A stretch of DNA of 64,000 nt from Octopus bimaculoides (Eukaryota): assembly GCF_001194135.2 (NCBI RefSeq), contig NC_068999.1, positions 2,210,345-2,274,344 on the forward strand, in the 5' to 3' direction. A program made the translations under genes and the position numbers. Shown piece by piece: positions 13,740-27,920 of this stretch; the first letter of the stretch is position 1, and every line of letters starts with the position of its first letter. The notes under the pieces are model-generated. The model was given only the letters and a program-made list of their open reading frames with translations, ran no database searches and had not been told where the DNA came from.

Positions 13740-16700
13740 ACCATTGTCATCAGCAAATATATATGTACTCTATAAAAAAGTATTGAGTGGTCCTTCAAAT
13801 TAATGTTTGGAGTGTTTTAATTTATAACTTTACATAATAAGCAAACCCATTAATGTATCACCACCACCACCACTACTAACATCACTGCCACCACCACCAT
13901 CGTCTAATGTCCGTGTTCTTCCATGCTGTTGTGAGTTGAATGATTTTGAGAGGATCCAATGGGCCCAAAGACTGCATTGTGGTCCAATGTCTGCTTTGGC
14001 ATGGTTTTCTACGACTGGATGCCCTTCCTAATGCCAACCACTGTCTCAATGTGTGTGCTTGTGCCATGCAGTTGTCTTTGTGCCAGTGGCACGAAGTAAG
14101 GTTGCTATGCAGCTCAAAAGACTAGCAATCTTTATGCATGTATACATGTGAATGCATGTATACATGTGAATGCATGTATACATGTGAATGCATGTATACA
14201 TGTGAATGCATATACATGGTGGATGTCTACAGTGGAGTCTGACCACCTCTTGTACTCACACTTGAGATCAATCATGGCGTCTGATGTGGTTTTTTAAACC
14301 AGACAATACATTGAAAGGACAACCACACAGATTGCCAAACCAGTGCATAATGAGAAAATATTCTGAAAGCAAGGTACCCCTGAAACGTGAATACAAACAG
14401 AATGAAACGAGTTTCGTGTACATCAGACCATGGATTCCCGAGATACGCTGTTCTTCTGGGTTTGTTTCTGTTTCCATCTACCAAAACCACTCACAAGGAT
14501 TTGGTCAGCCCGAGGCTATAGTAGAAGACACTTGCCCAAGATGCCACGCAGTGGGACTGAACCCGGAACCATGTGGTTGGGAAGCAAGCTTCTTACCACA
14601 CAGCCACTCCTGCACCTTTATATACACACGTGTGTGTCTGTTATCCTCAAACACAAGCAGAGGAGTAGTGTGAGGCCATGGTTCTTGTTTTTGTTTTGCA
14701 TTCTTTTTTTGTTTATTTAACTGGGTTATTCTAACCATTCATGCACACAACCTAAATAGGAATTCTTCATTACCACTTCTCATTTTGATGTTGTTCTNNN
14801 NNNNNNNNNNNNNNNNNNNNNNNNNNNNNNNNNNNNNNNNNNNNNNNNNNNNNNNNNNNNNNNNNNNNNNNNNNNNNNNNNNNNNNNNNNNNNNNNNNNN
14901 NNNNNNNNNNNNNNNNNNNNNNNNNNNNNNNNNNNNNNNNNNNNNNNNNNNNNNNNNNNNNNNNNNNNNNNNNNNNNNNNNNNNNNNNNNNATATATATA
15001 TATATATATATATACACAGAGTTTTTGCTTTCTCGTATACAAGCAAAGCCATTGCTAGGAATAATCACTGAAACGAGTCATTGTTGATGAGTCAATGTGA
15101 GGCCCTTGTATGTCTCTTGAGCCCAGCCAAAGATTTGCACATTCTGTTGCATAATGCACATAAGTCTTTGGTCAGCCTAGGGTTATAATAGAAGACAGCT
15201 GCCTAAGATGGATCCAATGTGTAAATGATCAGGAAACAGTAATGGTCACCTGTAACAGGGACAGGATAATGTGATGACCGCTGTTGTTGTTTAGCCCCAG
15301 GTCAGATCTCATCCTGCAGACCTGTCAACAAGAATATTCCAGTTATAACCATCCCACCATTTTTTTTTTAAGGAAGTAGCATAAAGATTTCTTCAAAGTT
15401 TCTTTTCCTTTTTGGCAGCAGAGTAAGGTATTCAGACCATGGTTATCCTAACTCTGTTTTACAGGGTGCAATGTACCTTGGACAACACTACCAAATGTAT
15501 CTTTTGTTAAGATAGTAGTGTGTAGTGTAAGATAGATTTGGCTGCTATTTCTAGCATGTCAAACAGACATGTAGGATCCCCATTCTCTAGCCTTCACTGG
15601 GTGGTAGCGTTGCAGGTGTAATGCTGCTCTTGGAAATGCATGAATACCACAGACTCTCATGTTGTGTATCAATGTTCTTATGTTTCATGATAATTTATTG
15701 ATTCAGCAATCAATACATCAACAACAACAACAGCAGCAGCAGCAGCAGTAAATGCTATTTTGGCAAACAAACATGCAACAACAATTAGTTTCCTTATATA
15801 TTTATCTATGGCAGCAATTATATATGAATAATTAATGATGTTTAATGAATAATTAATGAGATCTAATAAAGTCGACACAGCTGGTGAGTATTACAAGTTG
15901 TTTAATAGACATACATAGAAACACACACACACACACACGTGTGTGTGTGTGTGTTGACAGTAAAATGTCAGCTTGGTCATAGATATTTGTTGGTCATAGT
16001 TATTTGTCAGTGGACAGAAGGATATAGAGTGAAGACAGTGACCAACAGGTAGAGCAATAGATAGACACAATATAGATTGTGGGCGGCAGTAAGACTGATA
16101 GATAGACAATATGCAGATGGTGAGTGATATTTAGACTGATTGATAGATAGACAGTATGGAGTTAGTGGTGGTAGGCAGATAGATAGACAGACAATGTGTA
16201 GATGGTGATGAGAAGAGAGACATAGATTGTGGTTGGTAGACAGACAGACAGACAAATAGATAGATAGACAGACAGTGTGAAAAAGGTCGACTGGTTGTTA
16301 GACCAATAGACAGACAAAGTTAACATGGTAATGGTAGTTAGACAGGCAGTGTGGAGATAGTGATTGCTAGTCTGACTGTTAGATAGACAGACACCGTGAG
16401 GAGATGGTTGTGGTAGATAGACCAAGAGATAGACAGACACCGTGAGGAGATGGTTGTGGTAGATAGACCAAGAGATAGACAGACACCGTGAGGAGATGGT
16501 TGTGGNNNNNNNNNNCCAAGAGATAGACAGACACCGTGAGGAGATGGTTGTGGTAGATAGACCAAGAGATAGATAGACCAAGAGATAGACAGACACCGTG
16601 AGGAGATGGTTGTGGTAGATAGACCAAGAGATAGATAGACACAGTGTGGAGATGGTGATCAGTTTAGGCAGACACTGTAGATATTGTGTATAGATGTTGA

Positions 16701-16799
16701 GTGTGTATATGCTGTGTTGAATGTATGAAGAGAGAGTGTGTAAAACGTTGAGTGTGTAGATCTGGGGCAGAGACGAAAAAATGCTGCGGATCAGAACAT

Positions 16800-16843
<44 letters not shown>

Positions 16844-17144
16844 CTATACAGAGCCCCCACCCCCACCCCGTGCACAAAATCACACCCCCACACATTTTAA
16901 ACTGGCACAGAAACTTCCAAGCACACAAACAAAAAACACAAATGAATGCAAAGACACACCCATACACATACTCCCTGTCCTCCCTTCCTCTCTCTCCTTC
17001 TCTCTTTCTCTCCCTCCCTCTCTCCCACTCTCTCTCTCTCTTCAGCAGAGCAGAACTCTTATTCTCATACTTCAAGTTTATGAGTTACATTTATGCGTGA
17101 CTGTGTGTTGGGGAGGGGGGAGATATGTGTGTGTGTGTGTTTCT

Positions 17145-17187
<43 letters not shown>

Positions 17188-18018
17188 TATACATATATAT
17201 TCATCAAAATATGTATATATGTGCGTGTTTGTATATGCATGTGTGTGTGTGTGTGTGTGCATCATCATCATCGTCGTTGTCATCTAACGTCCACTTTCCA
17301 TGCTGGCCTGGGTTGGACGGTTTGACTGAGGACTGGTGAGCCAGAAGGCTGCACCAGGCTCCAATCTCATCTGGCAGAGTTTCTACAGCTGGATGCCTTT
17401 CCTAATGCCAACCACTCCGAGAGTGTAGTGGGTGCTTTTTACATGTCACCGGCACAGGAGCCAGTCAGGCGGCACTAGCAATGACCACTCTCAAATGGTG
17501 CTTTTTACATGCCACTAGCAAGGGACCGATCAGGTGGCACTGGCATCGACCACACTTGAATGGTGCTTTTTACATGCCACTGGATGTCGTCGACCATGGA
17601 TGTGTGTGTATATATAGGTATGCATATATGTATGTGCATGTGTGTGTGTGTGTGAATGATGAAGAAAGTCTGGAAGGAAGCTGGAAGTAGAGAGCATCCC
17701 CAAATAGCCAGAAGAGGAGCTAAGCATTGGGTAGTCTTAGTTAGAGGGGAAAAGTTAGGAACTATGCCAAACCATTTTCAAGGAAACTCTGTAATGCGAT
17801 TGGCAAATTGAGTCAAAAATGTGTAGGGGCTTTGAGGTCCCTTTTTCCAACCTCTCAAATGGTGGTTCTGCATGGAACACACCTGGAATGGTTGGTAATA
17901 GGAATGGTATTCATCTGTAGAAACCAAAGCCAAAATACCGCTCAGCATTTTGCCCGGCGTGCTAACAATTCTGCCAGCCCACCGCCTTAATACTACTACT
18001 ACTAATAATAATAATAAC

Positions 18019-18056
<38 letters not shown>

Positions 18057-18373
18057 CAACAACAACAACAAAAAAATAATAATAATTTCTAACATAGATA
18101 CAGGGCCTGAAATTTTCATATCTCCTGCTTTGATAAACACAACACATATATTTATACCCTCCACCACACACACACACACACATATTTATTATATATATTA
18201 TAATATATTTATATAATTATATATACAAAAATATATATAAATAAAGTATTATGATATATTTATATAATTATATATACAAAAATATATATANNNNNNNNNN
18301 NNNNNNNNNNNNNNNNNNNNNNNNNNNNNNNNNNNNNNNNNNNNNNNNNNNNNNNNNNNNNNNNNNNNNNNNN

Positions 18374-18404
<31 letters not shown>

Positions 18405-20577
18405 CAGATAAAAAGACAGACAGACAGACAGATGCCTATATGCAAGTGTGTGTGTTATATAAACAGATATTATATATTCACAATGTGTGTGTGTGTGTGT
18501 ACATTTATTAACACACAAATAAATATTGGATGAAGTTATGCTTGTGTTGGTATGCGTGTATATTTTCAAGGTTATGTTTGTGTGGAATTTTGTCTAAATG
18601 CATTAGTGTATGTGTGTGTGTGTGTTTGTGTGCATGTGTGTATGCATACATCTAGTTGTACATCTAGTTGTACATATGTGTGCATATATGAGTGTGTGTA
18701 TATGTATATTCAAATGTTTATAAATCTATGTTTCTTTGTGTGTGTATATATGGATGTGTGTAGGTGTGTGCTTCAACGTATATACTTGTGTGTGTGTGAG
18801 TGTAAGCAAAAGAAAAATGTTATTTCTAGAAAAGAGGAAGATATTTTAAACAGGAAGTTTGACAGAAACAGATGTTGTTGCTGAAATACCAGTGATAACA
18901 TAGGGTTCGCTTTAGATAAATTCCTCAGCAAAGTGAACAAACATAATGGCTGTGTGTATGTACACAAAGGCCAACCATGCACACACACACACACACACAC
19001 ACATACACCACATACATTACATGCACACCCACCTTCACACAGACGCATCCACATAGAGGATGTGTGTATGTATGTTTGTGTGTGAGTGTATGTATATGTG
19101 TGTGAGTGTGTGATGTACTTGACCTTGCCATTATATACATATACACACACACAAACACAGTACACACACACACACACGTGCATACATATGTATATTTATA
19201 TGCACACATACATACACTCATTTACACACACATACACCACAAACAGTACACACACACACACAGCAGCAGCAGCAGCAACCAGCCTCTCCCTGTTGATCCA
19301 TGAGTGTCTCTGAGTGTTGAAAAGTCAGTTGTGTAAAGAGCAAGATGGGATAGGCTGAATAAAAGAGTGGCTGCTACTGCTGCTACTGCCACTACCAATG
19401 GGAATGATAGTCATTATCAGCAGAATCGGTGGGATCCTATTTTACCAGCATTTTTCCCAGTGTTTTAATTGGACAAATAAGAATTAAGATCATAAAAATA
19501 ACAATAGCAATCATAATAACAGCAACAACAACAATAATAAAAATAATAAGAATAATAATAATAAATAATAATAATAATTACTACTAATAATAATAAATAA
19601 TAATAATAATAATTACTAATAATAATAATTACTAATAATAATAATAAATAAAAATAATAATAATAATAATAGATAAAATAATAATAATAATCCTTTCTGC
19701 TTTAGGCACAGGGCCTGAAATTTGGTAGGAGGGTTCAGTGGAATTAGATTAACCCTATTGTTCAACTGGTACTTAATTTATCGACCCCCAAAAGGATGAA
19801 AAGCAAAGTTGACTTCAGCTGATTTTGAACTCAGAATGTAATGACACGCGAAATACTGCAAAGCATTTCGCTCGGCATGCTAACGATTCTGCCAGCTGAC
19901 GGCCTTAATAATGCATTTGAGACTAAGAACCCTACCTCTCTGATGATATTTGGAGTTGTGGCAAGTGATGGAAGTGTCATGGATCCACACTTCATTTGAG
20001 CCTGGCTTGAAGATTGGCCCAAAGGAGTATCTGGACATCCTGAAGAACTCTCTGTTACTTTGGATAGAACAGAAGCTTGGACTTGACAATGTGGTGCTTA
20101 TCTAGGATTCTGCACCATGCCATGGGTCAATTGCAACATAAACCTTTCATGGTGAGAAAGTGCCATTTTTTGTTAGGGCCAACATGTGGTCTCCAGTAAC
20201 AGCCCAGATCTCAACCTTCATGATCCCTTTTTATGGGGTGTACTTCAAGCAAGGACCAATGCTTCACCACGGAATAGCATTGACAGTGACTTCGAAGTTT
20301 GGGCTAGCTAAGGGTAAGCAAAGTTCTGTTGAATGACATCTTCCAACGGAACTCACCTTATCCTTGGTTGGCCAAAACATACCCTCGAAAATTCTAACTT
20401 AACAGAAATTACATAAAAGCACAATGAACTCAAATGTGCCACAGTCTGAGGATGGCAGAGCTGGCTAGAACTTCAAAGTCACTGTTGACACTATTCTTGT
20501 TAAAGAATGAAAATAGCTGTACTCTACCATATGTATTGAGTAATCCTGCCATTTAATGTAAAATTTCTTTTTCTTAT

Positions 20578-20624
<47 letters not shown>

Positions 20625-21086
20625 GTCTCTACCTCTCTCTCTATCTATTTATATAACTTTATACCATTTCCTTCTCTCTCAGCAGAGTGTCACCATCTCT
20701 ACAACTGCTGCCGTCCCTGCCCACCACCACCAGCAATGCCATCACAGTCTCTTGAGGGTCATACGTAACATCATAGATCTAAGCAGAGTAAATAATGTTC
20801 TACAAGCTGCATGTGTCATGTTTTACACACACACACACAGAAGCACAAACACACACACATACGAACACAGACACACACACAGTGATACTATCTGTCCCAA
20901 ATATTTGTATGGTTTTTCAATGCAAAACATGTTTAAAGCATGCATTACTTATGGAACATAATGTTTTGTGTGTGTGTGTGTGTATGTGTGTAGTCATGAG
21001 TGTATGTGTGTTTAAATGTGTGTGTAGCCGCGTGTGTGTGTGGATGTGCGTATGTGTGGCCGTGTGGGAGGCATGTGTATGTGACC

Positions 21087-21129
<43 letters not shown>

Positions 21130-21139
21130 NNNNNNNNNN

Positions 21140-21170
<31 letters not shown>

Positions 21171-23740
21171 CCACGTGTGTATGTGTGGGCGTGTATGTGT
21201 AGCCATGTGTGTGTGTGTGTGTGTGTGTGTGAATGGCCGTGTGGGTGCGTAATGGTGACTTGTAAGTCTTTCAGGTTTCCAACAGCAAAACATGTTTACA
21301 TTCTGCCTTACCTCTGAGACACACTTGTATATATCTTAATACATTATATGTGGTTGGTCATGGGAGGAGAGGAGGATAATATGCTTATCTGTCATCACAT
21401 ACGAACTCTATACATGAGTGTGTATGTGTGTGTATGTATGTGTGTACATACATATATATGTATAAATATATATCATCATCATCATTTAACGTCTGCTTTC
21501 CATGCTGGCATGGGTTGGACGGTTCAACTGGGGTCTGGGAAGCCAGGAGGCTGCACCAGGCCCCAATCTGATCTGGTAATGTTTCTACAGCTGGATGCCC
21601 TTCTTAACACCAACCACTCCGAGAGTGTAGTGGGTGCTTTTTACATGCCACTGGCACAGGGGCCAGAGGAGCTGGCATCAACCACAATATGATGGTGCCT
21701 TTTATGTGCCACCAGCACAGAAGCCAGTCAAAGCAGCACTGGCATCGATATATATATATATGTATACGTATGTGTATAAATGTATATGTATACATATGCA
21801 TATATCTGTAAATATATAGAAATATTAATATTTCTAAGTCTCTCTAAAGGAGACGACGGCAGCCGTACTGGATATTAATAGTTACCGCCAAACCAACATG
21901 GCAGCATTCATCCTATTTTTTGGACTGCCATGTTGGCTTGGCGATAACTATTAATATATGTATATATTATATATGATATATATGTATTCTACAACAAGAA
22001 GACAAACCTCGTTTCCCCAGCTTGTCCATTCAGGCCAGAGGTTCCTTGCAAATAATTCTAAACATTTTGGATTGTCTGGGAGAAATTCAGCCAAAATATC
22101 TGAAGAACAAATGGAAACATTATGGTCAATATTTATTAATATTATCATTTATGCATAATTAACCACATTTTTTTAAAAAGGGTAGATTTAACATCTTCAC
22201 ATCTTCTACACTATGCTTTGATCAGTTTTAAAAATTAACCATCATCAGATGGCTTATTCCTGAAAGTATATTGGATAGCAGCATGTAAACTTTATTTGGA
22301 AATGCTCGGTTAATGATAGAATNNNNNNNNNNNNNNNNNNNNNNNNNNNNNNNNNNNNNNNNNNNNNNNNNNGACGAGACATAAACAGCAGACATAACTC
22401 TCTTTTATCATCTTCATTGGAGGTTGTTGTATTTTTTTTTTCATAAAATATAAATAATGTACACCTAACAAAAAATTCAGACAATCCATGCTACATTTTT
22501 ATTTTATTTTTATTTTATTTTTATTTAAAACTTACAGAAGAAAAAACAGAAACTGCTATATGGTCAAGAAGACTTTTGTGCAACCCTGCTGTTCTGGTTA
22601 CACAACCCTCCAAACCATGAATGGGATAAACAAACCAAAAGGTGCAAAGACAACAGACTGACCTGTTAATGGTGGTTTCTTAGAATGGAGGCTACAAGGA
22701 ATTGTGAGGACGACACGAGACTCAGGAAGGGACTTGGGACTGTCGGGTGAACAAGGATCATCATTTAGTCCAGCAGGGTTACCCTTTTTGTGCCGCCCAA
22801 GAATTAAAACTTCGTAAGGTTTCTTGTGTGAGGAATCCATATCGTTGACAGGTTCTCCACTTCTGGTTAGCTTGGAAACAAAAATGACAACGGCAAAGGT
22901 CAACATCTTGGGGCACAGAGGAGAATAAGGAACAGAGTGACCCTATCGGACCCCAAATATTCTGCATGCTTTATGTTCAAACCAACCAGATCTGACCTTT
23001 CACACCTGATGGTGACGATGACTTATAGTGAAGCAGAGTTACGACCAGATACATTCCAGCTGTGATTATCAAGTGTTTTATTCAGACACAAGGTACTTAA
23101 ACTGCATGTAGGTACCATAACTGAGGTACAGTACCCTGAACTACATCCATGGTCAAGACACTTAACTGCCAACCGTCCAGTCTACCTAGTTGTATGTAGG
23201 TACCACCGTGCGAAACGGTTCACCACTCACACTACCACTGCAACCACAACAGCCACCATCTATACCACCACCACCACCACCACCACCGTATTCATTCCTC
23301 TGCTGTAAACAAACATCTTGAGAAATGCTGAAGACAAAAATGAGATTTCAATAACAACAAAATCTTTGTAACATAAACACTGATGCCTTCTTCTTACCAC
23401 CACCACCACAATCACCCCTCCACTTTCGTATCTGTAAGTATGTATATATGTATGTATGTATGTATATGTATATATATATATATANNNNNNNNNNNNNNNN
23501 NNNNNNNNNNNNNNNNNNNNNNNNNNNNNNNNNNNNNNNNNNNNNNNNNNNNNNNNNNNNNNNNNNNNNNNNNNNNNNNNNNNNNNNNNNNNNNNNNNNN
23601 NNNNNNNNNNNNNNNNNNNNNNNNNNNNNNNNNNNNNNNNNNNNNNNNNTATATATATGTCATTATTTAACATCCATGTTTTATGTTTGGCATATATGCG
23701 TATGTGTATAGCCTCAAGAGACTTCATTGTCCATCAATCT

Positions 23741-23787
<47 letters not shown>

Positions 23788-24066
23788 AATACACAGGGAC
23801 AGAGCTGACGTCCCTATCTTGAAATATATTCATAACCTGACAGAGAAAACTGTTTTGATTTTTTTCCTTTTTATTTCTCTTCCTGTCACTTCTTTTGTAC
23901 TTGTACACACACACACACACATTTATAAATAGATGATCGAGGAGGTATAATATTTCTGAGTGAGTACAGTATATGTATGTGTGTACAATAGCTTATTTCT
24001 GTTTTAAACATCACAAAAGATAACTGTCATTTATGTCACATACCCACTCTGTGTGTGTGTGTGTGT

Positions 24067-24097
<31 letters not shown>

Positions 24098-24471
24098 AGT
24101 GTGTGCATACGTGTGCATTTGTATGTGCATATGTGTACATATGAGCATGTGTTTGTGTATGTGTTCATGTGTGTGTGTGTGTGTGCGCGTGTGTGTTTGT
24201 ATGTGTGTGAGTGTATATGTGTATGTGTGTGTTCGTGTATGATCATGTGTGTGTGTGAGAGAGAGAGAGAGAAAGAAAGAGACAGCAAGAGTGAAAATAT
24301 CCCATGAAATAGGGTCCAAGCTAGTCACTTACAGAGTGAACCAGGTAAAACAAGGGGTCTTTACCAATGGCTTGCATCAAAGAAGCAAGGGTCACCATGG
24401 ATTGTTACAGGGAAATGAAGACAGTAGTTACTCGGTTTTCAAACAACTCTGATCACAAATAAATCGTGCTT

Positions 24472-24553
<82 letters not shown>

Positions 24554-25603
24554 GAGAGAGGGAGAGAGAGAGATAACAAACTGTCTATTTGTGATCAGAG
24601 ATGTTCGTAAAGTGAGGTATTACTGCATGAAATGAATTTGAGAAAGATAGAACAAAATAACAAGGGTTTTTCTTCCTAAGTGTAGGAGGCCTTAGCAAAA
24701 TGCAAGCTATTACACATAATATTTGTTGATCTACAGAAAGCCAGAGACAAGGTACCACAGGGTACTATACTATAGAATCCAGTGGTCAGTAGAAAGACTA
24801 TTTGTAGATGAGTGACCATGTGAGAATTTGGTCAGTCATGTTCAGAAATTCTGTCAGCAAACTGAGATTTGTTAATAAGAGCCATGAGAGATTCTGTTTT
24901 TAGATGTCTGACCATCGGGGCTGAGCCCTCAGCCATGATCTTCAAGTGTCATAGGTACATAGGAAAGGTCTGGTTTCATCACATAGCAGAAGAACCAAAC
25001 TGTTATTAAACACACACACACATATGAGTGGCTATGCATCTCTCAGGCCTGAGAATAACCCTAACTCCCTTCTCCTCATGCCTCTAGTCTCTGAAGCCTT
25101 TTAGAGAATCATAAACAATACTCTTTCTCCTCCTCTTCCTCTTTCTAATCTTTTCATCTAAAATCCATTAATTTAGGTTTTGAGTTCAAATCTCTCAAGA
25201 GTCAAGCTTACATTGCATTCTTCTGGTGTCAATAAAAAAAAAAAACCAGTGATGTACTGGTGTCGATATGATCGGATGTATCTCTTCCTACAAATCTGTG
25301 GAATTTGTGCTCACAGAAATTATTATTATTATCATTATTCTCTTCACATCAAAGAATCTGTTACATGGGACAAGAATTAAGTTTGTATGTGTATGTATGC
25401 ATTTGTGTTAGTAGGGTATGTATGTAGGTAGGTATACATACATGCAAATATGTATGCGTGTGTGTGTGTGTGTACATGCACACTCACAAACACACACACA
25501 AATATGTACATACATCCCATCTTTAGTAGATGGAACATAAAAACTTTGATGAAGTGAAGCTGGAATCATTGAAGCATAGTGAAGTGTGTGTGTGTATGTG
25601 TAT

Positions 25604-25634
<31 letters not shown>

Positions 25635-27215
25635 TAAATTGGTATACATATTTATCCATCTTTATACACACACATATATTTATGTTTACACACGTGTGTA
25701 TGTATATATGCGTGTGTAGGGAGAGTAATAACTATTTTTCTTTAATGGAGTTGGATATATAAATGTTATTAATTTCCCTCTCAAAGCAAAGAATTTGCAG
25801 ACATTTTCAGGAAGAAAAGTCTGGGAATCTGAAGAGGATTAATCTCTGGAAACCAAATAGTTGATGGTGTAGCAGAAATGTCAGTCTGAGAGTGTATCGC
25901 AAACACATCTGATTCTAGAGTTCCAAATATTTAACATGTCAACCGTAAATGGTTTAACTCTTCCACTAGCAAACTCTTTGATGCCAGTTCTGCAGAAATG
26001 GTACAAAGACATCAAAAAGAGAGCCAATGTGGCTTATGAATGAAATTGCTTATGAAAATGGTAATAGATCTGGTATTTAGAATTTCTTAAACAAACTGGA
26101 ATCCAGTCAGGTAAAAGAAATATACTGCTTAGATACAAACAAAAAAATTATTCTTAATAGGAGTCAGAGTGGTTGTTAAGGTTGCTAGAAATAACAGTCA
26201 CATCTCACTCTGTATTACAGATTGACTGCATTGGATAATGTGGTAATGGTCTGTCAACAAATAGGAAAAAGAATGGATGGTCATTGATGGATTGCTTCTG
26301 ATCAAAGGTTTACTCCATTATGATTGACCTGGAGGTAAGAAACAACAACTACTACTACTACTACTACTACTACTGCTACAAGTCAATACTATGATAAAGA
26401 AAGCTGCTTATTAATTAGTTTGGACTATGTAACTTTTACTAAAAAGAAAAGATAATTTTTGAAGTCTACACTGACTAGTAAATTCTTAAAAATTCTAATT
26501 TTAATCCATTGTGAGATTGTATTCTCTTTATCTCCTCTTTCTCATCCACTCTGTGATTTTATTTCCCAGACATAGCAGTAAAAACATTTCTTTAAATTAT
26601 AAGTCCAATCCAATAATAATAAAAAACTGTAGACTGTTACATGGCTAAGTTAAGACATCATAATATCCGCTTTCTTCATAAGTTCTACCACTGTCTTTCA
26701 GTGCTTCTTGCTATTACTAAAAATCCATTTATTGAACAAGAGACACAAAAGGAAATTAGATGCAACATGTCGGAGAGAAACTGCACACATCGGGAATCAA
26801 AGGTGCAAACATCATTTAACAACTGTGTGTGCATGTGTGTGTGTGAGTGACTACGTGTGTGTGAGTGCGTGACTACATGTGTGTGTGTGACTACATGTTG
26901 TGTGTGAGTGTGTATGACTACGTGTGTGTGTGTGTGTGTGTATGAGCGTGTGCCTCTGCATGTGTGTATATGTGTGTGTGTTGTTTTCTGGTTATTAAAT
27001 TCTCTTCCAAGACCCTGCTTAATCCCAAGTCAACCCGGGTGCAGCAACCTACGAGCAAAGCCGTTCCAGCCATGACCATCTTGCCTTCATCTACATCTAC
27101 AACTACATCATCCGTGCTGCTCAGTAAAGTGTGAGATGAAGGCAGTTTAGCTGCTATTTCTAGGAAGTCAAGTGTCGCATCAGAAGAAGTTGTTGAGCCA
27201 ACAATGACCATGACA

Positions 27216-27248
<33 letters not shown>

Positions 27249-27554
27249 GCTGCAAGATCAGCAGCAGCAGCAGGGGTGGGGGTTAGATACTTATCTGCCA
27301 ATAATGTTCCTTTCAATGGAATTTTATAAGAACAGACCCAATTGTCTACAACACTTTCACTGCTTCCACTTGGGGCTGACAACAACAAACAAACAAAGGA
27401 TCCTTATCCTTATCCTCCTACTCTTCCTCCTCCTCCACCTGTTTCTTTCACCCTCTGCCTTTGTCTTATTCTACCATTTCTTCATTCATTCACTTCTCCT
27501 TTTCCTTCTTCTTCTTCTTCTCTTTCTTCATTCATTCATTCATTCTTTCCTCCA

Positions 27555-27585
<31 letters not shown>

Positions 27586-27888
27586 TGTGGGTAAGACTGA
27601 GTGGGGAGTGTCAGTGGTGGAGGTGATGAATGTGGATGCATGTGGGGACCATGTGACCCTCCATGTGTGGATGGGTGTATATATGGTTGGGCAGTGACAG
27701 TGACGCCCTTCCCCTCCCCCTCTCATATTTCTCTCTTTTCCTCCATCCTTCTGTCATTCCTGCACCCTGCCACCTCACCTCCTCCTCCTCTTCTTCTTTC
27801 TCCTCCACCTCCAACACCCAGGAATGTTATCAAGTCCTTTGTCTACAGCATCAGCTGTAAGGAGAGAGAGAGGCTGTGTATGTACATG

Positions 27889-27920
<32 letters not shown>

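Noticed and set aside
16381-16640. CRISPR-like appearance of the regular repeats here and at 40274-40560
   Set aside because: The units are contiguous or have mutually homologous spacers, there are no cas genes, and the context is eukaryotic.
17845-17900. TIPGVFHAEPPF resembling exon E TIPCSLHSKKPPL
   Set aside because: Only about 25/39 nt identity with a gap and no flanking homology, which is compatible with chance.
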